Assembly: GCA_010909165.1 (NCBI GenBank)
Contig: MU008179.1
Span: 248,001 to 312,000 of the forward strand
From: Anthoceros angustus
Taxonomy: Eukaryota > Plantae > Anthocerotophyta
Direction: 5' to 3'
Length of the DNA stretch: 64,000 bases
Shown here piece after piece: positions 46,110-60,000 of the stretch. The notes beneath the pieces are model-generated. The model was not told the DNA's origin, searched no databases, and saw only the letters and a list, made by a program, of their open reading frames with translations. Both the position numbers and the translations under genes were made by a program. Each line of letters opens with the position of its first letter. The stretch's first letter is position 1.

Positions 46110-49100
46110 ACTATGTATTCACCGCCCTCGACCTCGACTCTCCGGGCCAACCTCGAAATTAATCCTTGGTGGGTTAAGATCCGCTCCTCACCGAGTCCAC
46201 ACCTTCCAAAGAAGTCTACCAAATAATCAACGGATGCATCAAGATTCAACGTTGTCCAAGTCTTGAATCAATTCGTTCGTCACCACTTGCTTCACCATCA
46301 GGAGGAAGCAAAGCTTGCCTCACTTGGCTCGCTCAGAACTCAAGACCTTCCTCCTCAAAGATGTCCATTGTGTCTTTGCTCAAAGTCTTGTTCCTCGTCA
46401 ACTCGAAATCATAACCCATGATTGTGGTCTCCAAAAGCTTGATTGGTTGCACATGTTTCTTCAAAGGGTGCCTGCCGACCTTTTCTACTCCGGAGGGTTG
46501 GTTGGCACCCACTCTTCCGAATACCTACCCTCCAATGCATTAGGGTTTTCGATGCGCCACCGGTGGACTTGCGCTACCGTCCAAATGGCTTCATGGTCTA
46601 CATCCAACCTTACCCAGCCGAAAGGACTACCGTCCGGATCATCTCCACTGACCGCAATCATCATGCCACCGGATCTCTTTAACCGATCCTCCGTGTTGCC
46701 GCTCTGCACGCTCCCTCAAGATTCTGTGGCCTGTAAACCTCTCGCTCATGTCCAATATGCGCTCGCAAGTGTAGCGCCCACTATCACTTCATCCGGAAGA
46801 GCCACTGGTTCTTCGTAATGCTCCTCCCGGTTATACCATTTCCATGTCAGGTCCAATGGACTAAGAGCTCAGACGCTACTACACCCGCTATGGCCAATCG
46901 CTTCTTCCTAAAACCATCCCACCAAAGTAGCCGATGACCATTGAAGACTTGATGGAAGTTCTTAAACGCCTCTGTCTTCCACTCCGATAGCCCTATCAGC
47001 CGCACTGCATGTTCTCTTTGGCCCTTGGATTTCCCGACTGCAGTGGCGTGAGTGGAGCCGCAATAATCTCCCTCTCGGGACTCCATCCCGCAACAAAAAC
47101 ACCACCATCTGGCTCCAATGCGAAGGAAAACCGCTTGCACCTCGTGACCGTCACAAACACATGACTAGGCAACTCTTCGCGAGTGATTTTAAACTGATGT
47201 TGGAAACTGTGATTATGGAGAGTAAATGTTGCAGACGGACCCCCAGGCGGCCACAAATATTGCTTAAAATTGGGCACCTCTTTCATAAGATAGATCTTTG
47301 GTGTTGGGAAAGACTTGGGCATTTTGAGCTGATTCCTCTCATCGACCCTCTTTCTTCGTACAGCTTCTCCCAAGTCAACACTGGCCCTTTCATCAGTAGC
47401 TGCCCTTATGGCCATTAGCGCATACACCTCTGGATCTGAATTATATTCCTCAGCAGTCGCAATTGAACTGCCCGCCGAACTTACACTCATGGCCAACTGT
47501 TCTTGCAGCATGTGCACCTCACTGAGAAGTGCTTTCCGGTTGTATCCCACCGTCGACTTTGCTTTGTCAAGCGTCCGCCCCCCAGCCCCTTTTGGCTTAA
47601 ATTCAAGATGAGCCTGCCAACACGCTGCCTCCGTATTCCCTGTTTTGGCACAGGTTCTGCACTGCTCTTTCTCCTTCGTTCCCCCAATTCGATATTCACA
47701 CTCGAAGGCCTTGTTCGGCCCCCTACACCGTAGACACTTCACCGTTGCCTTGGTGGTGGCCGCACTATTGGCCGTGCGTTCCTTGGCTGGTGAGTTCCTC
47801 CGCAGCGTGTTCACCTGAGCATGCTCACGGTGCATAGGTCTTTCTTGAAACCTCGGGTTGTTCGAGGCATGCTGATGCCCTCTGACCAAATTATGTTCTT
47901 CCCAGTAGGCACTGGTCACCGCATCACCTTTCATGACCCTTTCGACCATCTCGTAGGCTTGCTCCAACTCGTAGTCGGCACCGTGCATCATGTGCAGAAA
48001 GTTAGCAATCACCCTCCTTTGCCTACCTGGAAGAGCGGCTATGTAGATCTGGGCGGCTTCCCGCATCGTCTTTACTCGCGTATCTTTCACCAGTTGCCTC
48101 AACCTCAAATAGCCGGACCTGAGAGGTTCGTTGGGCTTGATGGTGAACTTTGACAGCTCCTGAATCTTCTCTATGGAAGACACTGGAAACATTTCCGCGA
48201 ACTTGGTGAACATCTCATCCACTAGATATGTAATGGTATCAGTCTGTGTGGAATTGGACGCCTCCTCCTCTTCATCTACCTTCGAAGTCTTCTTGGCCCT
48301 TCTTGTCCTTGACAAAGTCCACGCATCCTGCAGGATCTTATCCTTGCAGTCACAGTATTAAGTCAGTGCCTCTCCTGCAAGAAATGTGCTCATCTTTCTC
48401 AACGCCATTTCAGGTGTGAATTCGGACTTGTACTTGAGCACCATCTCATCAATTGCCCACCTGAACTTTTCCTCAAAGTCAGCAAGCGACATGCTGCCAT
48501 GTCTGCCGGTGAACACATCATTCTTGCTGGGCGCTATCTCATATTCCATTCTGACTCCACCACAACTTTCTTCAAATGCTATGGAACGGATGGGACTTTG
48601 CTTCCACTCAAAGTGACCACTTGGCCTGTGGACTGAGGGATATTGGGTAATAGGACCACGAGCTTCCTGAATAGGAGTGCTCTCGTTTGTCCACCCAGAG
48701 CGCTAAAGTACCATTACCTTTTTAATCTCTTCCACTGCGAGAGACTACGTACGGCATTCCATCAAAGTTGGTGTTGGTTCCCTCTTCCGTCCAGTCCGCT
48801 AGCCATGACAGTTTGTCAATCACTTCATCCCACAACCTCTGCCACAAGTACGCGGGTTCTAGTTCCGCTAAGGCAGCTAAGTGCAGAATGGATCAGCCCG
48901 CATAAAACAACATGGAATAATCTACAGCACCCTCATCAAAATCCACCATCGACTTATCTGTAGTGTATCCGCTTCCTGGCGTCCTTGGGTTCTTCTCACG
49001 ATTCCGCCGGATCACCAGCCTTTGATGCGGCGCTGCGGACTCAAGCTCGTGGGATTGCTGATGTGCAAAAATCATTCCCACTTGGACGCTAGGCACAAAC

Positions 49101-49570
49101 CCCGTCTGTCCATCTTTCCCAAGAGCTCCTACTGTGAAAAGAAAACCCCACTACCTTGGGATCCGTATGGCTGCTCCTAAGAACAAAGATCAGCAATTCG
49201 CCTACCGATGCGGATTGCTTGCCATTTTATACTACCTATGCGCTTGGCGCACTCTCTTGCCGAGTCACAGGCACTCGTTTGGCGTGCCTTGACACTCTCC
49301 TAGGATACCGTGCGACGCCGCCCGTGGATTCAGCAAACAATACCTCCGCCGTAACTGCGGCCTGTCCTGGCCTTAATGCTTGTTGCCCATACGTGACCCG
49401 TGATCACCCTTATGCCTCACACGAACACATGCACATCACTGCATGTATACCCATCATAGGTCTTCCTCACACATGCATGTATGCCCACATGCGGGCATAC
49501 ATGCGAGACGCATACATACCCAACCACACATAAACACTCAATCAACACAACACCAGGGTGTCATGACATC
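46110..49570 (-). mobile_element. Retrotransposon gag-like remnant related to the 13.5-kb gag
   Basis: 48549-46996 is one frame with a single TAA (DVFTGRHGSMSLADFEEKF...YIAALPG...CLRCRGPN..FEC...CRTCAKTGNTEAACW). TGTCATGACA at about 49561-49570 is a candidate LTR edge. Confidence 0.65.
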
Positions 49571-49574
49571 CTCC

Positions 49575-50540
49575 AGAAAGGGCATGTCCTGGAGGATGAA
49601 ACGAGAGGCCAAAGCAAAGGCTGATAGCTCCCAGTTGCCTAAAAAAGCTGTCAGGGAAGAAACCTTCAGTGAGAGCAAGTCAGTGCCCCCAAATTGCACT
49701 GGCATGGATGCTTACCAACGGGTCAAATTGCGTGCTGGGCACTCGAAAGCCCTTGGGCCCATGATGTCCCCTAAAGTACCCATAATCTTCCTATCAAATC
49801 CCTGCAATTGAGATAGAAGAACCGAAGACGAGGGCAGCGTGCGGATGAGATAACCAGGCACCTAGCAAAACAGGAGGAAAGAATTTCGAAGGCCACCTGA
49901 GCATCCCCTAGCAAAGGGAGGTCCTCAATATGGGACAAGTCCTCTGCGAGAGCCTAGTCCAAGAAGCTCCCAATGAAGTCAGGAAAGCCGAAGGGGACCC
50001 CCAAAATTTGTAGACCCAAGGCTGGAGCAATCTCCCTAGCAAGGAACTGCAAAGTGTGGAGGATTCCCGATGGGGACCGAATACAGCACTTGGAGAGCTT
50101 GATTTTCAAGCCTACAAAAGAGAGCTCGTGGGGGAAGAGCTCGAAGGCATGAGCATAGCGAATAGTGACTTAGTAGGTGATACCCTTGTCTATGAGATAG
50201 AAGTTGAACTCACTAGACATGAATTCTTCTCCTCCTTGCGCATTTGAGCTTGCAGCCTGTCTGAAGCTCTGTCATTGCGTGAAACTCCTTAAAATTTTGA
50301 AATGCATCGCTCTTGAAATGAAGGAAGTAGGTGTGTATCATCTGGGACATGTCGTTTACTACGAGCATAAAGTTAGAGGCTCCACCGAAGGAGTGTGTCC
50401 CACAGAGGTTGACATGTACCATCTAGAGAAGCTCATTGGCACGGCGAGTGGCTGCCCACGGGTAGGGTATTTCCTTGCTCTTTCCTAGCAAACATCCTTC
50501 GTAGAACAAAGAATTGTTGAAGTCGGGAAGAGGTTCTTCA
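49575..50540 (-). mobile_element. Ty1/copia integrase fragment
   Basis: MVHVNLCG..SFGGASNFMLVVNDMSQMIHTYFLHFKSDAFQNFKEF...ELQTGCKLK. Confidence 0.75.
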
Positions 50541-50549
50541 TACAGCTAG

Positions 50550-51095
50550 TTTGCCCTCATTTCTTTCATTCGCTTTAAGCTTGGGTGACCAAGACGTAGG
50601 TGCCAAAGTTCATGCCCTCCATCCAGCCCTGAAGGATGCGACTCCCCAGACATACTCGACTATGTCCATGAGGACCCCTTCTCCTTGGACCACGCGGTTT
50701 TTGCTTTGGCTCTCTATAGCCCCACGTCTTTCTTCTCTTGGGCTGTGTGGAATGATGTTTGAACACCTTAGGGACCTTTTTCTCCCTGAAAAGCCAGCTA
50801 CTTCCCTGAGCTCTTTTCCCTGGATGTTGCTGTGGACGAGGAGAAACACCTCATCGGATCTCTCAAGCTAGCAGGCTAGTTGCTATGGACGAGTCTGCCT
50901 CGGGCTCTAGCGTGTGTCCACTCGCAGTTGGGGAAGCCTTCATGCGGCTCCTCAGCCATACTATTGCCTTTTAGTGTCGCTCCCTCCTCCAGCGGCACCT
51001 CAACCCCCTTCAATTTGGTATTGCCACTCCAAGGGATTTCAAGTCCGTAATGTTTGGTGTGTGGATGTGGCGGTACTTTTGTTGACAAACAGCCA
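50550..51095 (+). mobile_element. CRE-clade non-LTR reverse transcriptase fragment
   Basis: GLCGMMFEHLRDL, LAVGEAFMRL and LQFGIAT are CRE-type RT N-terminal motifs. Confidence 0.65.
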
Positions 51096-51112
51096 GGCGT
51101 GCACCGGACCCG

Positions 51113-53567
51113 TGTCGTTGAAATATGAGGTCCATTCCCAAGGGAATGACTGTGCCGCTTACCACGTTTTTCTAACCGATACACCTCCGTTGTCGAGGCA
51201 CGATCACTTACGGCTCTCACGTCGTCTCTCCTGCTACCCTTGCTCGCACCTAAAGTGCCTAGTTGAAGTTCACGGTCGGGTGTGTGTAGGCTACAGACCT
51301 CCGCGTTGCGTTCACCAGGTCGTCCCGTCCAGGCTCTACACGCCTTTCTGGGGGTCCGACTAATCGCGTCCGCTCCGGTCCGCCGGCCGTCGAGCTCTTA
51401 CCCTGGAAGACCAGGAATCCCGAGTCCTCCGCACCTGCACTCACCACCGCACGTTAGGGTCCGTCACCAGGGCCTGGATCAGTCTCTTCGGAGTAGTCTA
51501 CCCGCTCAGTGACTCGGGACTCGCGTTAGCACTGGACTCACAAGGGCCTGCAAATGTAACACGGCATCAACCCCAAAAGAAAAGATCCCTTTACTTGAAT
51601 GGCAACCTTCCTCTTATACTACGTCCTGAGAGAGCGCCTTTATTGCACCCCTAATTCAGGCTAATGGCCAGCTCACTATGCCCAAGCAAGTGGCTCTCCA
51701 CTTTCCGCATTTCTCTACCTACATCTACGGCGGTGGGACTGTGGTTGACTAGATTCCCCCCTGGCACTGGCAGCCCAATCCCCAGCTCTGGCACCGCAGA
51801 GCACCCAATCGGATGATCTGTGATCCCCGGAGTCTCGCGGAGGCTCTTCTCCTACCCCTAATCCTCCTCCTCCCGAGTCTCGCGGAGGCTCTTCTCCTAC
51901 CCCTAATCCTCCTCCTCCTTGTCCACTGGCGCGCTAATGGGACCCCATCCCTCGGGTTCGTCCGGAGCCCGCTCTTCCTGGGCTGGTCGGGGTTGACCCT
52001 CGACCGCCTTACCTCTACTCCCAGGGTCCGAACCGTTGGGTTCGTTCCCTCTATCTGAGTCCGGACCTCGGGGTCCGTCCTCTCCTCCTGAGTCCGGACT
52101 TCGGGGTCCCTCCTCTCCTCCTGAGTCCGGACTTCGGGGGTCCGTCCTCTCCTCCTCAGTCCGGACCTCGGGGTCCGTCCTCTCCTCCTAAGTCCGGACC
52201 TCGGGGTCCGTCCTCTTCTCCTGAGTCCGGACCTCGGGGTCTGTCCTCTCCTCCTCAGTTCGGACCTCGGGGTTCGTCCTCTCCTCCTGAGTCCGGTTTG
52301 CTGGACTCGAGTCCTCCATAGGCTGCCGGACATCCAGGTCCGGAGCCTCTCCCAAGGGCCGAGCTTCCAAGTCCGGACCCACTCTCCCTTCCTCTCCTTG
52401 CGTCGTCTCTTTTGGCGCTCTGTCCCCTACCCTTTCCTCCGGGGCTCTCTCTTCTACGTCCCTCCCTTCAGGCGTTGGGTGCGACGGACCTACCTCTGAT
52501 CTTGTCGCTTCCGTCGCTCCATGCTCCTCTGGTCGGCGTCCATCCTCTGGGCCTTCCTCGCTGCTGCTCTCGTCACCGAATAGGGCTCCCAGATTCCGTG
52601 TGGCTGCGCTCTCCCCTAGGCCTTCGTCTCTCCAGGCCCCCTCCGACTCCTCTGGTGGTCCTTCGACCTCAACAGCTTGATGTACCGCTCCCACTGCCTT
52701 CAGGAGCTCGGCGTGATAATACGCGAAGTCTGAGTCGACTTGTCGGATGGCCTCCTCCACATGGGCCCGGAGCACTCGATACTCCCGCCTCCAGAGATCC
52801 TCCGGTAGCTAGGCGTGCCTGGTTGCTTGCTGCGCCGTTCCCATCGCGAGGTCGTCCAACCTGGTCTTGGCCGCATCTCTTGAAGCCATTAAGGCGGGCC
52901 GTTAAGGCGGCTTCCGCTACCTCCTGGAGTCGTTGCTTCCCGTTGGTGCGTTCCTCCTCCTGCTGCTTTTGCAGCTCTGCCAACTTCCGCAGGCGGACCA
53001 GCAGCTTCTGCTCTTCCTTCAACGCCCTTCTCTGCTCCGTCATCTTCTTCTTCAGGGCCGCCATGTCCTGCTCCAGTCGCCCGGGAAGTTCTGCCCGACG
53101 TCTGGTATCCCAGCTCTCTTTCAAGCTCGGCGACGTCCTGCTCCTTACTGCGCCGCGACCTTCCTCCACTCTCAAGCAAAGCTGGAGTCGCTCTATCTCC
53201 CGCTCATGGTCTCCAATCCGCCCTTGGAGGAGCTCATTCCGTTCTTCCACCACCTGGAGACGAAGCTCTAGAGTCTCCTTCAGCCCTTCCACCTCCTGGC
53301 GCTTTCCTTCCATCTCCTGAAGTTGCAGCCGGAGATCTCCCAACTCCCTGTCTCGCACTTCCATTTCCTCGCCATGTGCAGCGTGCTTGCTGCGCCGCTC
53401 CATGCTCCTCCTCCTCGGGCTCTCTCTTCGTCCCTCCCTTCATCGGTTCCGATCCCGGTGGTAGTGGTCCCCGTCCGCAAGTAATCCCTGAGGCTGCTTG
53501 AATTGAGCGGGCTGGAGTAATGAGGAGCTGCCACCCTTAGCTCAAGACTGGAGAATTCACAGCGACA
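51113..53567 (-). mobile_element. Unclassified element, copy 2: coiled-coil ORFs, 33-bp repeat array, LTR-like terminus
   Basis: EEAIRQVDSDFAYYHAELLKAV; (PEVRTQEERTD)n at about 52060-52300; terminus begins TGCAATAAAGG (51647) and resembles 41740-41947; outer ends TGTCGTTG/CAGCGACA. Confidence 0.6.
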
Positions 53568-54383
53568 CTCAAAGGACACAAACCCATCACCTGAAATATT
53601 GCGTCCCTTCGTTGCATCCCTTGCACCCTGCGCACAAGGACAAGAACACACTCATCATGTAACGATTCTAATGCTTCCAACGCAATATGATTAGCATCTT
53701 CTACCTCAAGTTTTCCCATCAATATCCAAGAAAAGTGGAGGGTGAGGGGAAGAGGATGAGGGGGGAGATTTTGTAAGTGTTTCCTAGGTTCCCCAATGGA
53801 AGGAAGATTGAAAAACTTTGATGACGCCGGCACCAGCTACCGTTGAGGAGTATAGCCTTCAGACAACCAAGGGATTGAAACAGCAGAAGAGTAGGGGTGG
53901 CATAGCAAACGAGGAAGCACGTTATAGGTAGTCTTTAGCTTTCCGTTTCCTACTTCCAACCTCACCGTTATCCTTGCCTCTCATGAGTCTCTGTTTGACA
54001 ATAAATCTAGTCTTTTCCGTTCGCGGTCACGAGGCGATCAGTGGTAAATCTCGCGTTTCCGTGTGGACTGATTCCGACTGAAGGACGCCTTCGGGACCGG
54101 TTCGATGGGAAAGCTAATCCTTTAGGTGACCTGCCATACCTACCTTATATGCAGGTATGTATGTGCTTGTGTTGGAGCCTGCCGGGATGTAACCTCCGCG
54201 CGCCTAGTCATCCTCGTACGGACTTAGTGGATTTGTTTTTTATGGGTGAATATAACGCAGTTATTTTTCCTTATTAGGTCGAGCACTGGGTTCTTCGTGC
54301 GCGTCTGTGCAGTTCTGCTTGCAGGACCGAGTGTGGTTTGATAGGAGCAAAAGGCCGAACTGGCGCTCAAGCTGGCCGAAGGG

Positions 54384-56214
54384 ATGAGTGACGAAAGATT
54401 GAAGGAAGAGCGATGGAAGATTGTGTTAGTCAAAAAGGCAGATGGGGATGCCAAGGAAAGAGTGCAGAAAGCAGCCAAGAAGGTGATGGTCGGAGCAGGA
54501 GCTCGCGCGCTTTTCTACCCAACCTTGCTTTATAATGTTCTTCGGAACAAGCTCCAAGCTGAATTTCGCTGGTGGGATCAAGTTGACAAGGTGGGCTTAC
54601 TTCTCCGGCCGGGACAGGCTTATCTCTTGGTTACGGATTTGCTAACGCTAGGTATCTGTTGGATCGGATTGGGGTCCTGAGGGCCGGCCTAGTCCGTTTC
54701 GTTTGGTAGGGCACATGGGAAAGGATGTTTTCACTAGTCGGTCCTCATGACTTTGGGGATTAGATCCGGGTTTCTCTTATGATGTACGTAAGTGAAGTCG
54801 TGACACCAGGGGATGGATTAGGCTTACCCACTATTTTCATTTTTCTTGGTTGCAGCACCTCCTACTAGGTGCTGTGCCCTTTCCAGGAGATGTCAAGCGC
54901 CTCAAGGATATTGGGGTCAAGGCCGTGGTCACTCTAAACGAGTCGTATGAGACTCTTGTGCCAACTTCTATGTATCAGGTCCATGTTCCTTTCGGAACTC
55001 TCCCATGTTGCGTTTCTCCACGTCTTCTGTTATTTGCTCCTTCGTCCCGGAACCAAGAGGGTGATGCTCTCTTCTTTTTGCAGGAGCATGGAATTGAGCA
55101 TCTGGTTATCCCAACCAGAGATTACCTCTTTGCTCCGTCCTTTGCTGATATAAGACGTGCAGTGGACTTCATCAATGGTCTGTTAAGTCTTTACTTCTAA
55201 CTAGATGCTTCTTGCTAACTTTCTTCGTCTTAACTTACCTCCCCCTCTCCCCTTCCCCGTAGTCTCATTTTCTCCTCATATTACAGAACATGCAATGAAG
55301 GGTGAGACAACTTATGTGCATTGCAAGGCCGGGCGTGGCAGGAGTACAACAGTTGTGCTATGCTACCTAGTGAGTCTAAACGTTTTTCTTGTTTCTACAG
55401 TCAAATTGGTTTATTTTAGTAGACACGCCCGTTCAATATGATATTTGCATCGGAGGACGATGTCTTGCTTTAGACTCTCGTCCGCAGGCCCCTGCACCTG
55501 CTCAAGCACAAGACAGTCACGAGGTCTTTTCAGTTATTGCCATTGTAATGTTCTTGTAGGTGGAATACAGAGGAATGTCACCACATGACGCTTTCCACTA
55601 TGTACGTGCCAGGAGGCCACGAGTCATGTTGGCAGCTGCACAATGGAAGGTGGGTATAGTGCTAGTACAAGTTTGTCCGAAGACGATGTCAATACAACAG
55701 TAGTTCAACTTCTTGACAATTCTCCTTGTGTACATTGAAGGCTGTCCAGGCTTACAGTAGACACATCTGTACAACAAATGGTGTTCTTGTATCTTTATCG
55801 AAGTCACTTCCTGCAGCACAGTCATTGTCTGATGGGGAGAAAATGAGCGATGAGCTTCAGGAGGATCCTGTGGTTGTGGGCACTGCTGATTTGGTAGAGT
55901 ACCGGGGAATTGAAGATGCAGGTGTTGTTGGCAATGAGGTGTGGAATGATCTTGGAAGTGTGTACAGAGTTCGATTCATGGCTGCAAGGAGCGTCTTCCA
56001 AGCTGTTGGGATGGCCAGAGCATCTGCAGCTTGGGCAAGACTCTCCTATCTGTGGTTTGGTTGTCAATCGGAGAACAGTGTTATCACTGCAGGAATGACT
56101 ATGAGTCACCTTACAGCTTCTGATGTGATGAGGCAAATGCCTCCTTTTACTGGGCAATTATCTGTTCCTCGAATAGAAGTCCCTGTTTGCCCATCTGGCA
56201 TGGTGAATGGCTAG
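54384..56214 (+). CDS. DSP8: Dual-specificity phosphatase, PTPMT1/DSP8-like, about 6 exons
   Basis: GARALFYPTLLYNVLRNK...FRWWDQVD; LLLGAVPFPGDV; IPTRDYLFAPS; VHCKAGRGRSTTVVLCYL (CX5R); plant C-terminal AWARLS. Confidence 0.9.
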
Positions 56215-57079
56215 AAGGGGTGTCATTTTGTGGTTGCGGATACTAGGATGGACAGGGATGCTTAATAATGAGGCCTTGTTGTCCTATGGCCGGGAGGAAC
56301 CTGGATTTAGGATGTTACAAATGGTTGCAGAGCACTTCTGGATGTTTGTAGTGTATATAAGCGACTTCACTGCCCTTGTGCCTTTAGGTGAGTCCCTAAT
56401 GAGGGCCTCTATGCAATGTATATTCCCTCTCCTCGGATTTAGCCGTTGGGCAGTCTGCTCCTATTCGTCGAGATACGTGAATTCCTGCGACAGAATCAAA
56501 CATTGTATCAAACTGTTCATACTTATTAATTCATGTTTCAGATACATACGAAGGAACTTGCATTTACTACCTATTTGTTACGAGCTCCTTAAAAACACGA
56601 TAGATTCTACTAGAATTCTGGATTAGAAATGAGGGGCCTGCTGTGAGTGGGGATGTAAACGAAGTCACTCTAATGAACAATCTCACGAGAGGTCAGCATC
56701 ATTGCCCGACTCCGGTCCACCAAATCTCAGCAACTTGTTCTAAGCAGCATTCCTGAGAGTGCCCACTCCCTGGAGATTGAGGGAGTCTGAGCCGCTCTAT
56801 GGATGTGTGGCTGTACAATTGGAAAAGGGGCCACCTCTGGAAAACAGAACAGCACGGTTTAAAGCTCTTTTGTGTTCCCAGGGTGTCCAGTCAGCCCTCC
56901 TCGACGGTATCACTGGTATATGCTAGAAATAAGGGGTTCGCGATAACGTCTTACTGAAGATGTAAAGTCTCCAGAAAAATTCTCGTCCCTTAGAAAACCA
57001 TTTTCGGCACTGCGTTGTGCTTCGTCAAACGCCTCCAGAATGCCCCTAGAATCCTGATTATGATGCAAAGCATTAGAAA

Positions 57080-60000
57080 CTACAATCCGGCTATCGGCAG
57101 CATCAGACTCCTAACAGCCTCCTGCCCTGAGTTGGGAAGCACATCACGATATTTTACCTTTCCATGTATTTGTGCGGGGACTTTTCCAGGCGCCCAATAC
57201 TTGAGAGTGGTAGCCCATGATGCTTGCTCCTCCTGTAGACACCACGTACCTTTTAAAAGGACCCGAGATAATATGGACACCTGGCCCAGCAGGACTAGAC
57301 CATTACCGCCAGTCTACGCTTAGTTTTGTCCATGTCAAGGCGCTCCCTGTCCAGCTCCATAGCCATTTTCCTGAGCGCCTCCCGCTCAGCCTCCAGCTGG
57401 GTGGAACGTTCTTCCAGAGCTATCCTGTCCTGCCATTGCCCAAAGTATGATCACATTAGACTTCTCCGCTGTCAATAGGCACGCAGAGAACTCGAACACA
57501 AGGTCTGAGATCAAATTCAAAGTCAGATCATTACTCCTTCAGCCGCAAGAATAGCCTCGCGTTCCATTTCCAGATGAGCAGATACATAGTTCCTGCATCC
57601 GACATATCGGTCAGACAACACCTGAGACCTCCTTGCCAGCATATTAATAGCAGCAAGATGGCTAGCAGCAATTGCAGCAAGATGGCTAGCAGCAATTGCA
57701 GCAAGATGGCCATGGCAAATAACAAGACAACAAAATCACCTTGAATCATCTGCCTTTGGCATCTGCCTTGACATGAGAGACGCCTGGAACCAATAACCAA
57801 GGGTGATACGGAGGCGTTAGAGTTCAACTACGCAAATCATCAAGGAGTTGTAAGCGGTACTTCTTACAAAGTCGAACCTGCTCCTGAATGATGCTGCGAG
57901 CCTCGACAAGCTGTGCTTCCAGCTCGAGCTCCCGCTCTGTGGCTTCAGGTGTGACGGTCGAATCCCTCTGAACGTCCTGAAGAAGTATCATTCGTTCCTA
58001 ACCGAATAACCCAAAGCTGGTTAGAGCACTTTCATGCGAGGTATGCAGCTCAAGTCAAGAAGTGATCTGCACCTTGATTGAAGACATCTTCTCTCTTAGG
58101 CTTTGCTCTATCTGGTCTCTAGCCATGTGGAAGGGCAGGTCAAACACATCCTGCACAAAAGGTCAAATGATTGTTGAGGACAATAATTACTTGCAATGTC
58201 CTTGAATAATGCTCTCGGCAAATTACTCTCCATGGAACACAGCATATCCTACCGTTCGCCCTCCCAAAGGGGTGGAAGGTGGTTCAAGAGGAGTTCCTTG
58301 CTTGATTTGGCCATTGGGAGTGTTGAGAAACTCCCTCATATCAACCTGGGAGAATTCATGCCACCCCCAATTTTCAGGGTCTTGTTCGAACTCTCCAACT
58401 ATTGTCGAAGTATCTAACACAAAACAATACACCACATTTACCTGCATTGATCGCAGCAAACCACGCAGGTCCTGGTTTTCCACCATAAGCTCCTGTTTCT
58501 TGGTTTCATACGCATCGACCTGGAAGGCGTATCCCATCGTTTTACTCCCCTAACATGCGTTTGTAGCCTGAAGTTGTAATGACAAGCAAGGACTGCAACC
58601 CTGTATAGCGGTTTAACGTCAACGTACGATCATTTTGTAGAAATCCCCATCAGCCTTTCTACTGTTGTTCCAAAGACCTCTTTGCCGGCCCTCCTTCTGC
58701 TCAATGAGAGACGCCTCGTTCAGTGAGATGAAAACAAAGTTGGCAACAAGGGTCTGCGATGCTGCTGCATGATAAAGACAATATAGACAGTAACATATCC
58801 ACAGTAATCAATGCCTGGCAAATACGAACGTCAGAATTTGCCAACGGACAGTACCTGAAGAAGATTCATTATCTCCATGCCCGACTTCGAGTCTTTCTTC
58901 TTTTCCGCAAGGACTTGGTTGAGCCGTTCCTACACCCAAGGCGTACTACTTTCAGCACACAAACAAGAATCCGTAGGGGTCCTGCTGTCAGATAAGTCTT
59001 CAAGAGGGGGAACCTCACCTGAAGCTTAATGTAGTCCTTTTCCTTCTTTTTCAGCTCATGGGATTGCTGGGTCCGTACTTGCTGCACAAGTGCAAAGATT
59101 GAGTCATTAGGAACTCAGGAGGCAAAGGCTCGATCTGACTATTTTCATGGGTTAGTCACAGGCATACACAATTGCTGAAAGTACCTGTGAGCCAATCACC
59201 ATTCGCTGAAACTCGTCCCGCTCTTGCTGCAATTTCTCCAGCTGTGTCTTCCACGCAGAGGCTGCCTTTTGCTCCTGAGAAACGCAACAGGTACGTAAGC
59301 CCGGTGGACAACAAGAATTGCAGACAACATGCCCGTAGACATCAGCAGTCATGGCACCCGCATCTGACAAAACTTGCAAGGTAGCCAACCAAGCCCTGGG
59401 AACTTACCCTAGCTGTCAAAGCAGACAGTTCACGTTCCTTTGCAGACAGCTGAGAGTCTAGCCTTTCCACCTTGGCCTCCAGGCGAGACATGTCTGAGAG
59501 GAGCCTGGTAAAGTACAGAGAAGCGAATACTCATCAGCTGCTCATTCGGACTTCGAAGTAGGAACGCCTTCTACTACACTCCTGCAACAGGAAGCTTGAA
59601 AGTTGTCTCGCCAACACGTGTGGATTCCCACCTCTGTCTTTGCTCATTGCACGCCTCCCGGAATTCAAGATCACGCTGGCGTTGCTGGAGAATTTCATAG
59701 ATGCAATTGCAGGTTTTCACAACAGAGGTCTGCAAAGATCGGAGGAGCACAATGAAAGGTTAGCATCGATTCCATGACAGGATAGGAGCCATCTCCTTGC
59801 CACAGTTTCAGCAGCTTACTGGGTCTGTTGAGAGTAGATTGAGCGGAGCAGGGAATCCAAAGGTCACCAAGGTTTGGTTTAAATACTTCATGCAATGATC
59901 AAGATTTCCGATGTCTGCAAAGGCATCCCTGTAGAACAAGACAGTGGCAGGTTGCTTAACACAAGTGTGTCATCACATCAAGAACATCGCAGAGTAATGG

